In this document: positions 16,125 to 23,474 of the stretch, piece after piece
Layout of the letters: every line of letters begins with the position of its first letter
Position numbering within the stretch: position 1 is the first letter of the stretch
NCBI RefSeq assembly: GCF_003010495.1
Contig: NZ_CP027570.1
Coordinates: forward strand, 1-32,000
Origin: Megasphaera elsdenii DSM 20460
GTDB lineage: Bacteria; Bacillota; Negativicutes; Veillonellales; Megasphaeraceae
Length of the DNA: 32,000 nt
Direction: 5' to 3'
Translations under genes and position numbers: made by a program
The notes under the pieces: generated by a model
What the model saw: the letters and a program-made list of their open reading frames with translations, nothing else
The model's database searches: none
What the model was told of the DNA's origin: nothing

Positions 16125-16194
16125 AAAAGGAACTGTCACAGGTGCGACAGTTCCTTTTAAGGGGTTAGTGGCTAGCGGATGGATTTAAATTTTA
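16125..16194. repeat. Composite element, truncated copy E3; also the murB terminator
   Basis: The hairpin is aaaaggaactgtcacaggtgcgacagttcctttt (16125-16158). Heptads ggggtta gtggcta follow, then the core gcggatggatttaaatttta (16175-16194). The murB stop codon (16194-16192) lies inside the core-homologous segment, and there is no right arm. Confidence 0.75.
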
Positions 16195-17118
16195 GTCCTC
16201 GCCGATGATGCGGACTTCCGGTTCCAGGTGGACGCCGTGTGCTTTTTCGACGCGTTTCTGGACTTCGTGGATGACGTTGAGGACATCCCGTGCCGACGCG
16301 TGGCCCGTGTTGACGACGAAGCCGGCGTGTTTCATCGAGACCTGGGCATCGCCGCAGGAAAGGCCTTTGAGGCCAGTCTGGTCGATGAGGGTCCCGGCAA
16401 AGTATCCCGGCGGACGCTTGAAGGTACTGCCGGCGCTGTGCATTTCCAAAGGCTGCTTGCTGCGGCGGCGGTTCATGAGATCGTCCATACGGGCCTGGAT
16501 TTCCTTGGGGTCGCCGCTGCGCAAGGTCAGTTCGACTTCGACGACGAATTCCTGGGATTTCTGGAAGCGGCTCTGGCGATAGGAAAAACCGAGGTTCGGC
16601 GCATCATACGTATGGACACCGCCTTCGCTGTTGACCGTGCGGACGCGGGATACGACATGGCTCATTTCCCCGTCGTAAGCCCCGGCGTTCATGAAGACGG
16701 CGCCGCCCAGGGTACCGGGGATGCCACAGGCAAATTCGATGCCGGTCAGGCTGTTTTCCTGGGCAAACTGGCAGACATCTTTCAACATGTAACCGGCACT
16801 GGCCAGGATCTTGCGGTCGTGGCAGGCCAATACTTTAGTCATCGTATTCAACTGGATGACGACGCCCCGGATGCCGCCATCGCGGACGAGGACGTTGGAG
16901 CCGCCGCCGAGGACCGTCACCGGCAGTTCCAGCCGCCGTGCTGCCCGGATGGCCAGGGACATTTCCTTGACCGATTCCGGCAGGATCAGGACGTCGGCCG
17001 GGCCGCCGACAGCAAAGGTCGTGTGCTCGCTCATGGGTTCGTCGAGCAGGATCCGTTCCATGGGAACAGAGTTACTTAATTCGGAGACGAAAGTCGTCAG
17101 TGCATATTTATTGATCAA
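16192..17118 (-). CDS. murB: UDP-N-acetylenolpyruvoylglucosamine reductase
   Basis: The 308-aa ORF has the N-terminal block EPMSEHTTFAVGGPADVLILPES typical of MurB. The start is a TTG preceded by a GAAGGA SD. It overlaps the upstream gene by 11 nt. Confidence 0.93.
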   Translation of the reverse strand: MINKYALTTFVSELSNSVPMERILLDEPMSEHTTFAVGGPADVLILPESVKEMSLAIRAARRLELPVTVLGGGSNVLVRDGGIRGVVIQLNTMTKVLACHDRKILASAGYMLKDVCQFAQENSLTGIEFACGIPGTLGGAVFMNAGAYDGEMSHVVSRVRTVNSEGGVHTYDAPNLGFSYRQSRFQKSQEFVVEVELTLRSGDPKEIQARMDDLMNRRRSKQPLEMHSAGSTFKRPPGYFAGTLIDQTGLKGLSCGDAQVSMKHAGFVVNTGHASARDVLNVIHEVQKRVEKAHGVHLEPEVRIIGED

Positions 17119-17455
17119 GGATGCTCATTCCTTCTGCCATTGCATTTTGAATAATCTGGAACACTTCACCGGCCATGGTCTGCCATTTATTATAATGGTT
17201 CAAATATTCCACGGCAGTCTGATTGTTTTTAATGAGTTCGGCCATCTGGTTCAAATGGTCGATCTTCTTGCGGATCGGCTTGTCCCCCATGGACTGGGCA
17301 TAGGCCAGCTGGGCCTGGAGCATGAGAAAATCGCGGACCAGATGCTTGGTCTTTTCGTCTTTGGCCAGTTCCTGACCGGCTGCGACGAGGTCCTTGTATT
17401 CCTGACATTCTTTGATGGCAGCCTCTAATTCATGGGCTTTATCGTAAATTTCCAC
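17108..17455 (-). CDS. YlbF/YmcA-family (UPF0342) regulatory protein
   Basis: A 115-aa helical protein with the family-like opening IYDKAHELEAAIKECQEYKDL. The call rests on size, context and motif resemblance only. Confidence 0.7.
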   Translation of the reverse strand: MEIYDKAHELEAAIKECQEYKDLVAAGQELAKDEKTKHLVRDFLMLQAQLAYAQSMGDKPIRKKIDHLNQMAELIKNNQTAVEYLNHYNKWQTMAGEVFQIIQNAMAEGMSILDQ

Positions 17456-17480
17456 GTTCTACACCTCATCATTTCTGTAA

Positions 17481-17966
17481 TTAAAGATTCTTGATACCGA
17501 TACCGCTCTTGGCCATACCCGGGAAGCCGAGCTGGCGCATCGCTTCGTAAGACACGATAGCGACGGTATTGGATAGGTTCAGGCTGCGCGCCTGTTCGAC
17601 CATCGGTACGCGGAAGCAGCGTTCCGGATTGGCTTTCAGGAGGTCTTCCGGAAGGCCTTTCGTTTCCTTGCCGAATACGAGCATATCATCGTATTGGAAC
17701 TGGATATCGGCGTAACACTGTTCCGATTTGGTCGTCAAATAGAAAAAACGGTGGTCTTTGTATTTGTCCAGGACTTCCTGAAAATTTTCATGGATCTGGA
17801 CATCGACGAGCGACCAGTAATCGAGGCCGGCCCGTTTCAAATGCTTGTCATCGATGGAAAAGCCCAGGGGCTTGACCAAATGCAGCGTAATATGATTGGC
17901 TGCGCATAAGCGGGCGACATTGCCCGTATTGCCGGGGATTTCCGGCTCTACCATTACGATATGCAT
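17481..17966 (-). CDS. trmL: tRNA (cytidine/uridine-2'-O-)-methyltransferase TrmL (SpoU/TrmH family)
   Basis: MHIVMVEPEIPGNTGNVARLCAA plus the C-terminal SLNLSNTVAIVSYEA knot motif. I place the start at the ATG at 17966, after a GGAGAG SD, rather than at the tracked TTG at 17984. Confidence 0.88.
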   Translation of the reverse strand: MHIVMVEPEIPGNTGNVARLCAANHITLHLVKPLGFSIDDKHLKRAGLDYWSLVDVQIHENFQEVLDKYKDHRFFYLTTKSEQCYADIQFQYDDMLVFGKETKGLPEDLLKANPERCFRVPMVEQARSLNLSNTVAIVSYEAMRQLGFPGMAKSGIGIKNL

Positions 17967-18026
17967 ACTTATATCACTCTCCAAGGGATATTGTACAGGA
18001 TTTATGCAGGAAGTACAAGAGGAACA

Positions 18027-18055
18027 TTGCGTTTCCGGCCTTTTTATGGTACACT
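18027..18055 (+). promoter_or_regulatory. Candidate promoter of the 18123-20128 operon
   Basis: TTGCGT (18027-18032), 17-nt spacer, TACACT (18050-18055), with TGG immediately upstream (extended -10). Confidence 0.35.
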
Positions 18056-18122
18056 TATAAATAATAGTTATTATTTAATAGAAAGGTAAAGTTTCTATTG
18101 ATTTCAGAAAGAGGTGTCAATT

Positions 18123-18551
18123 ATGGATAACTTTGATAACATTGCCCAGTATCCCATGTATTTCGCTCCCGGCTGTAAATTGCTGCAGCTGCAGCCTCAG
18201 ATGGTTTCCGACGTCTACGATTACCTTCGCAAACTCTTCGGCAGCAAAATCAAACTGTATACGCGCTGCTGCGGCCTCGACGACGCCAACCAGCACAACG
18301 ACGAAGCCGTCTTCATCACCCTGTGCGACACGTGCTACAAGATTTACGGTGAAACCTATGCCAACCTGCACATGCGCGACTTCTGGAACGTCTATGACGA
18401 ATATAAAGACGTCTATCCGTTAGGCGAAAAAGAAGGCGAACTCCGCAAGACCTTGAAGAACACTTTTTGCGGCTCCCTCCCGCAGGAACACGTCAAGAGC
18501 TGGTTCGAAGAATGGAAGAAATGGAGTTTGAACAGTACTGAAAAAGACTGA
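18123..18551 (+). CDS. Hypothetical Cys-rich protein (possible CCG-type cysteine-rich domain)
   Basis: I use the ATG at 18123, 8 nt after an AGAAAGAGG SD (the tracked GTG at 18114 lies inside the SD). The cysteine pattern C-x30-CCG-x17-CxxC (APGC...RCCGLD...CDTC) is reminiscent of CCG domains, but the second spacer is shorter than the usual one. Confidence 0.55.
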   Translation: MDNFDNIAQYPMYFAPGCKLLQLQPQMVSDVYDYLRKLFGSKIKLYTRCCGLDDANQHNDEAVFITLCDTCYKIYGETYANLHMRDFWNVYDEYKDVYPLGEKEGELRKTLKNTFCGSLPQEHVKSWFEEWKKWSLNSTEKD

Positions 18552-18575
18552 TTGTCTTTAAGGAGCAGAGGCACT

Positions 18576-19241
18576 ATGAAATTCAATTATTACGGTCATT
18601 CCGCATTCACTCTTTCCGATGATGTGACGACCATCCTTTTTGACCCGTTCATTACGGAGAATCCCTGGACCCAGGTCTGTCCGACAGACATCCACTGCCA
18701 GTACATCATCGTCACTCACTGCCACGGCGACCATTATGGCGATACCGAAGCCATTGCCAAAGCCAATGACGCTACGGTCATCAGCACGGCCGAAGTCGCT
18801 GGCAAAGCGGGCGAAGCAGGCTGCAAGGCCCATGCCATGCATGTCGGCGGCAGTGCGGATTTCCCCTTTGGCAAAGTACGCCTGACACCGGCGTTCCACG
18901 GTTCGGGCATTGCCGGAGGGCTGGCATGCGGCGTCATCGTCGAATTTGGCGGCAAGCGCGTTTATTTCGCCGGCGACACAGGCCTCTTCTCGGACATGAA
19001 AATCCTCGATCGCTTCGGGCCGATCGACTGCGCCATCCTGCCTATTGGCGATAACTTCACCATGGGCATCGACGACGCAGCCCTGGCAGCCCTTTGGATC
19101 CAGCCGCGCTTCGTCATCCCCGTCCACTACAAGACCTGGCCCATTGTCGAAGCAGACCCTCAGGAATACAAGAAGCTCACGGAAACGAAATACAATATCC
19201 CCGTCCAGGTCGTCGACCCGGGGACAACGTATGAATTCTGA
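18576..19241 (+). CDS. Metallo-beta-lactamase-fold hydrolase, UPF0173 (YtkL-like) family
   Basis: MKFNYYGHSAF start, with an AAGGAG SD 10 nt upstream. It has an HCHGDH (HxHxDH) metal motif and is 221 aa long. Confidence 0.82.
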   Translation: MKFNYYGHSAFTLSDDVTTILFDPFITENPWTQVCPTDIHCQYIIVTHCHGDHYGDTEAIAKANDATVISTAEVAGKAGEAGCKAHAMHVGGSADFPFGKVRLTPAFHGSGIAGGLACGVIVEFGGKRVYFAGDTGLFSDMKILDRFGPIDCAILPIGDNFTMGIDDAALAALWIQPRFVIPVHYKTWPIVEADPQEYKKLTETKYNIPVQVVDPGTTYEF

Positions 19242-19243
19242 TC

Positions 19244-20128
19244 ATGATCCTTCCTGATTTCTACGACCGCTTCCAGTGCAAAGCCGGCGCCTGCCAGCAT
19301 ACGTGCTGCCGGGGCTGGGAGATCGACATCGACGACGTGACGGCCGACGTTTATCAGCACCTCGATGGCCCCTTAGGTGAGGCAATCCGCCAGCACATCG
19401 CCGAAGGGCTGGAGGGCTGGCATTTCTGTCTCACTGCCGACGGGAATTGTCCCTTCCTGCGGCCCGATGGCTTATGCCGTCTCATCCATGAAAGCGGCGA
19501 CGACATCCTCTGCGATATCTGCGCCCTCCATCCGCGGTTCTTCCAGGTCGTCACCGACGGGAACGGGCAGGACAGGGAACTCGGCGGCGTCGGGCTCTGC
19601 TGTGAAGCCGCGGCCGGTCTCTTGCTGAGCAGCCCCTCTCCCCTCACCTTTTATGATGAGGAAAGGGGCCAGTCCCTGGGAACGCTGGCGCAGCTCCTGG
19701 ATGCCCTGGATTATCCGGCGCCATCGGCGGGTCTCGTTTATCAGCCCGACACGACGAAAAAAGGCCATGAACGCCTCCTGGCCGTCCTGTCCCGGACCGA
19801 ACCGATTGACGATGCCTGGACGGCTGGTCTAAAAGCCTTACAGGCCCGGATAGCATCGACGGAAAAGGTCGCAGCTCCGGATCCGGAACAGGCCAAACGG
19901 TATCAGCGCGTGTACGACTATCTCTTTTACCGGCAGCTCGAGTCCTTTGCAGACGTCCCTTCTGACGTCCTCGCCACCTATGCTGCACGTAACACGGACT
20001 TCATCGGCCTTGCCGCTGCCGTAACGGGCAATCTGCCTGAAGCCGTGCGCCGCTGGTCGGAACAAATTGAATATGATACGGACAACGTGGCCCTTCTCAA
20101 GGAAGCGGCAGCGGCCGGAGAATTTTGA
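19244..20128 (+). CDS. FliB-like / YkgJ-type cysteine-cluster protein (flagellin lysine-N-methylase family resemblance)
   Basis: The N-terminal FQCKAGACQHTCCRGWEIDID and the later GNCPFLRPDGLCRLI...CDICALHPRF match the CxxxxCxxxCC...CPF...C cluster of this family. The ATG lies 2 nt after the upstream stop, suggesting translational coupling. Confidence 0.65.
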   Translation: MILPDFYDRFQCKAGACQHTCCRGWEIDIDDVTADVYQHLDGPLGEAIRQHIAEGLEGWHFCLTADGNCPFLRPDGLCRLIHESGDDILCDICALHPRFFQVVTDGNGQDRELGGVGLCCEAAAGLLLSSPSPLTFYDEERGQSLGTLAQLLDALDYPAPSAGLVYQPDTTKKGHERLLAVLSRTEPIDDAWTAGLKALQARIASTEKVAAPDPEQAKRYQRVYDYLFYRQLESFADVPSDVLATYAARNTDFIGLAAAVTGNLPEAVRRWSEQIEYDTDNVALLKEAAAAGEF

Positions 20129-20194
20129 CTTTTCCGGCATTTCGTGCCAGCTTTTGCCACTTTGCCCGTCCTATCGAAATAGGCGCGTCTTTCG

Positions 20195-20203
20195 TGCTAC
20201 ACT
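20195..20203 (+). promoter_or_regulatory. Candidate extended -10 (TGCTACACT) upstream of the DUF805 gene
   Basis: TGn plus TACACT was read directly. The -35 is poor (TCGAAA). It sits 39 nt before the TTG start. Confidence 0.25.
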
Positions 20204-20241
20204 AGAGAAAAATCCATGATTCATCAAAGGAGGTCCTTCTC

Positions 20242-20601
20242 TTGATCATAGCCGAAGACGCGCCTATTCGCGTACTCATCCGCAACCATTTAGATTTCAA
20301 AGGCAAGGTCAGCCGTAAACGCTACCTGCACTTCCGCCTGTTCAGTATCCTGCCCATCTGCCTCATCATCTGGCTCCAGCACCTGGCCTCGCAAGGCGGC
20401 CCGGCGGCCCTGGAATACACCATCGCCTCGTGCCTCATCGCCATCCTCCTCATCCCTGTCGACTTCTCCTATATGATACGCCGCTACCATGACCTGGGGA
20501 AATCCGGCTGGTACTGTATCATCAACGTCCTGGCCCGAAACATCTGGTTCGCCGCCCTGGCCGTCGAAATTTTCCTCTGCTGGAAAGAGAAAATAGAGTA
20601 A
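20242..20601 (+). CDS. DUF805-family inner-membrane protein
   Basis: The ORF has F-x-G-x-x-SRKRY near the N-terminus, hydrophobic segments and RRYHDLGKSGWY, the DUF805 signature. The start is a TTG 8 nt after an AAGGAGG SD. Confidence 0.78.
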   Translation: MIIAEDAPIRVLIRNHLDFKGKVSRKRYLHFRLFSILPICLIIWLQHLASQGGPAALEYTIASCLIAILLIPVDFSYMIRRYHDLGKSGWYCIINVLARNIWFAALAVEIFLCWKEKIE

Positions 20602-20930
20602 GGGGCTGATGGCCCCGCAGACCGCAGTTCGCAGGCCGCCTCGGATTCAAATGCCGCTGCGCGGTAACAGATTCAAATTGACGACATCGCCTCGAGTAAC
20701 CCTCGGCTCGTGAAAAAAATCGTGGCTCGTGGTTCGTGGTTCGTGGCTCGTAAAAGCCCGCCACTATACTCGAAAAGGCTGTGATGAAATCTCGCAACGG
20801 GCCGCACAAGGCTCCCTTTATAGGGGAGCTGGCCGCCAAAGGCGGTCTGAGAGGTTAAAGGTCGTCCCGCCGTGAATCCTGGGCACAGCCGGAATTTATG
20901 ACGAGTGGCACGCGGTCGTAATACCAAAAT
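20602..20930. repeat. Mosaic of small GC-rich hairpin modules and GTGGYTC heptads (non-coding)
   Basis: It contains gtggctc gtggttc gtggttc gtggctc (20724-20751), the conserved block starting GGCTGTGATGAAATCTC (20777), and an inverted copy of the dual-hairpin module (20810-20856). It shares several blocks with 23611-23892. Confidence 0.7.
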
Positions 20931-21113
20931 AAAAAAGGGCTTGTCGCACGACGACAAGCCCTTTAAAGTTGCTAGTGGCTAGCAGTTAGTTGTTAGCGGA
21001 TGGCTTTAAATTTGAAAGTTTTCTCTGCAAACTACAAACTCGGTGCTACAAACTATAACGTAAATGGGGCCTCGCATGACGGAAGAAACCTTCATGCGAC
21101 AGCCCCTTTTTTT
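20931..21113. repeat. Composite palindromic intergenic element, full copy E4, between convergent genes
   Basis: The left hairpin aaaaaagggcttgtcgcacgacgacaagcccttt lies at 20931-20964. Heptads gttgcta gtggcta gcagtta gttgtta follow. The core gcggatggctttaaatttgaa lies at 20996-21016. The AC arm is ctgcaaa ctacaaa ctcggtg ctacaaa ctataac. The right hairpin ggggcctcgcatgacggaagaaaccttcatgcgacagccccttttttt lies at 21066-21113, and its T-run overlaps the deacetylase stop codon. Confidence 0.85.
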
Positions 21114-21966
21114 ACGGCTGCGGGATATGCTGAGCCAGGTCTTTGGTCATTTCTATGTGTTCAAAGTATTTATGGGTCTTCCACAGGAGCGCACTGAAGG
21201 CGCTGAAGGTCAGGCGGAACCGGAAGTGTTTGAAGCTTATAGGGCCTTCAAACATGGGGACGCGGTCCAAGTCGTATGGATCGTCCCAAGGGAAGTCGCG
21301 GCCTGTATCTACGGTGAAGGCGTAGCGGTAGCCGGCGCCTCTCGTTTCTTCCATGACCATATCGTTATATTTGCCTTCCGGGAAGGCGATGAAATGACAG
21401 GGCTTGCCCGTCATTTTTTCGATGATGTCTTTCGAGTCCTGCAGTTCATGACGGACTCCGGCCCGGTCGAAGCTGGTCAGGGGTTTATGACTGATGGTAT
21501 GGGACCCAAATTCCATGCCGTCGGCAGCCATTTCCTTGACCTGGTCCCAGGTCAGGTAGCCCGGCGTATCCATGAGGTTGATGATCAGGAATATCGTGCC
21601 GCGCATGTTATATTTCTTCAGGATGGGATAGGCTTCTTCGTAATTGTCGACGTAGCCGTCATCAAAGGTGATGAGGACCGGCCGGTCCGGCAAATCGCCT
21701 TCGCCGCGCATGTAGGCATCGAATTGTTCCAAGGTAATGGAATGATAGTCGTTGTCGTGCAGATATTTCATCTGTTCGTCAAAATTAGCTGGCTTCATGG
21801 TCAGCACGGTATTGAATTTATTATTGACCTGATGATAATTCAGGACCGGGACGCCTGTCAGGTGATAGTTCGTCGACCCGAAATACCAAAAAGCAAAGAT
21901 ACCGATGAGGAGGACCAGGACGGTAAGGATGACGCCGATGATCCACGAGCATATTTTTTTCACCAT
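21112..21966 (-). CDS. Polysaccharide deacetylase (NodB homology domain) with N-terminal membrane anchor
   Basis: The 284-aa ORF has TFDDGY and GSHTISH NodB motifs and an N-terminal hydrophobic helix. An AAGGAAG SD overlaps the upstream stop codon. Confidence 0.88.
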   Translation of the reverse strand: MVKKICSWIIGVILTVLVLLIGIFAFWYFGSTNYHLTGVPVLNYHQVNNKFNTVLTMKPANFDEQMKYLHDNDYHSITLEQFDAYMRGEGDLPDRPVLITFDDGYVDNYEEAYPILKKYNMRGTIFLIINLMDTPGYLTWDQVKEMAADGMEFGSHTISHKPLTSFDRAGVRHELQDSKDIIEKMTGKPCHFIAFPEGKYNDMVMEETRGAGYRYAFTVDTGRDFPWDDPYDLDRVPMFEGPISFKHFRFRLTFSAFSALLWKTHKYFEHIEMTKDLAQHIPQP

Positions 21967-21976
21967 AAGACTTCCT

Positions 21977-22375
21977 TTATTTTGTTACGTTTTTCAGGGT
22001 CTTGACGAAATGGTTCTCAGTCAGCCATTTTTCATCGCCTTTTTCCAGAGCTTCTTTCAGCTCTTTGATACAGATATTTTCCATATGGATCGTTTCGATG
22101 GTCGTCGTCATGTATTTCGTTTCTTCATACATGTAATCATCCAGTTCCTGTTTGACCAGGACATCTTTCAGTTCAAAGAGCAGGTCTTCCGATTCCTGCT
22201 GGATAGCCAGCAGTTCCGTCCAATGATTGTATTCTTCTTCAGTCAGGACAAATTCACCGTACATATCCGTCACCAGCTGTTCCTGGGAACAGAGAATCTG
22301 TTTGGCATAATCTACTCCCGTAGAGCGGTCATAGACGTGGAGTTCACGGTTTTCTCCATTTACACTAACGCGCAT
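21977..22375 (-). CDS. Hypothetical acidic protein (132 aa)
   Basis: I use the ATG at 22375, 8 nt after a GGAGG SD (the tracked GTG at 22384 overlaps the SD). No motif was recognised. It appears translationally linked to the deacetylase gene 10 nt downstream. Confidence 0.55.
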   Translation of the reverse strand: MRVSVNGENRELHVYDRSTGVDYAKQILCSQEQLVTDMYGEFVLTEEEYNHWTELLAIQQESEDLLFELKDVLVKQELDDYMYEETKYMTTTIETIHMENICIKELKEALEKGDEKWLTENHFVKTLKNVTK

Positions 22376-22462
22376 GGCGTACACCTCCGCTTGAGTTTAA
22401 TCAAAGTACATACATCCTCTATTATACAGGATTTTGAGAAGACGACAAGGTTTTTTTGGTAT

Positions 22463-22498
22463 AAAAAAGGACTTGCCGCGTAATGGCAAGTCCTTTTT
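22463..22498 (-). terminator. Rho-independent terminator of the rplU-prp-rpmA operon
   Basis: An A6 run is followed by the stem ggacttgcc (22469-22477) / ggcaagtcc (22485-22493) and a T5 run. On the minus strand it is preceded by the AC-rich heptads aaaacta caaactg aaaacta aaaactc and followed by TTTTTT. Confidence 0.8.
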
Positions 22499-22550
22499 GA
22501 GTTTTTAGTTTTCAGTTTGTAGTTTTTACAAACTTCATGCTATAAGCTAA

Positions 22551-22835
22551 TTATGCTTCTACAGGGTATACGCTAACTTTGCGGTTGTATTTACCAGCGC
22601 GTTCGAAAGCAACTTTGCCTGCAGCCGTTGCGAACAAGGTATCGTCTTTGCCGATGCCTACGTTCGTGCCCGGATGGAAGTGCGTACCACGCTGGCGAAC
22701 GATGATGTTGCCGGCTTTAACGACGACGCCGTCATGGCATTTTACACCAAGGCGTTTGGATTCGCTATCACGGCCGTTACGCGTGGAGCCTGTCCCTTTT
22801 TTATGAGCGAAAAGCTGTAAGTTGAAATTGAACAT
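22551..22835 (-). CDS. rpmA: 50S ribosomal protein L27 with cleavable N-terminal extension
   Basis: [32 protein letters not shown]. The start is set at the ATG at 22835 after an AGGAGG SD. The [10 protein letters not shown] junction is the Prp cleavage motif of Firmicute L27. Confidence 0.95.
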   Translation of the reverse strand: MFNFNLQLFAHKKGTGSTRNGRDSESKRLGVKCHDGVVVKAGNIIVRQRGTHFHPGTNVGIGKDDTLFATAAGKVAFERAGKYNRKVSVYPVEA

Positions 22836-22854
22836 TCCGTCCACCTCCTGACGT

Positions 22855-23163
22855 CTATGAGTCGAGTACGACGTATTCTCCATACTGCCGTACAATTTGT
22901 TCCAAACCTGCTACCATAGTCCCTAAGATAATCTGCGACGCTTCGCAGGGCTTTGGGACCTGGACGGATAAGAAGCCATCGTTTACTTCATACGGTACGT
23001 CTTGCGAAGCGTACTGCATGAGACCCAACAAGGCAGTCTGCGACAAGGCCGAAACGGCAGCACAGACGATATCGCTGCCGGCTTCGTCATAATCGGCATG
23101 GCCGCTTATGGTAAAACCCGTATAGCGATGTTTCTTATCGCGATGCATCGTAATGGTAATCAT
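22855..23163 (-). CDS. prp: Ribosomal-processing cysteine protease Prp
   Basis: The 102-aa ORF carries [18 protein letters not shown], with the catalytic His and Cys. It sits between rplU and rpmA as in other Firmicutes. Its start overlaps the rplU stop (TAATG). Confidence 0.9.
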   Translation of the reverse strand: MITITMHRDKKHRYTGFTISGHADYDEAGSDIVCAAVSALSQTALLGLMQYASQDVPYEVNDGFLSVQVPKPCEASQIILGTMVAGLEQIVRQYGEYVVLDS

Positions 23164-23474
23164 TAGCCTTCAATCTTTTCGATTGCAACTTTCGTGAACG
23201 GCTGACGATGACCCTGACGACGACGGTAGTTGGATTTTGCTTTGTATTTGAAAACGAGGACTTTCTTTTCTTTGCCCTGAGCCAATACTTTTGCAGTTAC
23301 TTTAGCGCCTTCAACAACGGGAGTACCTACTTTAACATCACCGTCGTTAACGACTGCCAATACCTGGTCGAATACTACGTTGGAATCAACATCGGCATTC
23401 AGTTTTTCGACGAAAATGCTGTCGCCTTCCTGGACACGATACTGTTTTCCACCTGTTTTGATAATAGCGTACAT
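23163..23474 (-). CDS. rplU: 50S ribosomal protein L21
   Basis: [18 protein letters not shown]. The start is set at the ATG at 23474, 8 nt after a GGAGG SD, rather than at the tracked GTG at 23483. Confidence 0.95.
   Translation of the reverse strand: MYAIIKTGGKQYRVQEGDSIFVEKLNADVDSNVVFDQVLAVVNDGDVKVGTPVVEGAKVTAKVLAQGKEKKVLVFKYKAKSNYRRRQGHRQPFTKVAIEKIEG

Noticed and set aside
20906-20922. A TGGCACG motif on the plus strand in the 20602-20930 spacer (TGGCACGCGGTCGTAA).
   Set aside because: The -12 position reads CGTA rather than TTGC, and there is no downstream plus-strand gene.
20522-20957. Minus-strand ORFs of 105, 94 and 63 aa in the repeat-rich spacers (20522-20839, 20673-20957, 23569-23760).
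   Set aside because: They run through heptad arrays and palindromic modules (for example TTNHEPR from GTGGTTC repeats), have no SD, and are not conserved between the two paralogous spacers at the protein level.
20965-21000. UAG-N4-UAG-N4-UAG spacing in the heptad arms looks like the HutP antiterminator binding motif, and also like an all-three-frames stop cassette.
   Set aside because: The TAG is not conserved in other copies (TTTGATG, GTGGYTC and GTTTTTA heptads). The arrays lie after terminators, not before them. For most adjacent genes they are on the non-coding strand, so neither idea holds across the family.
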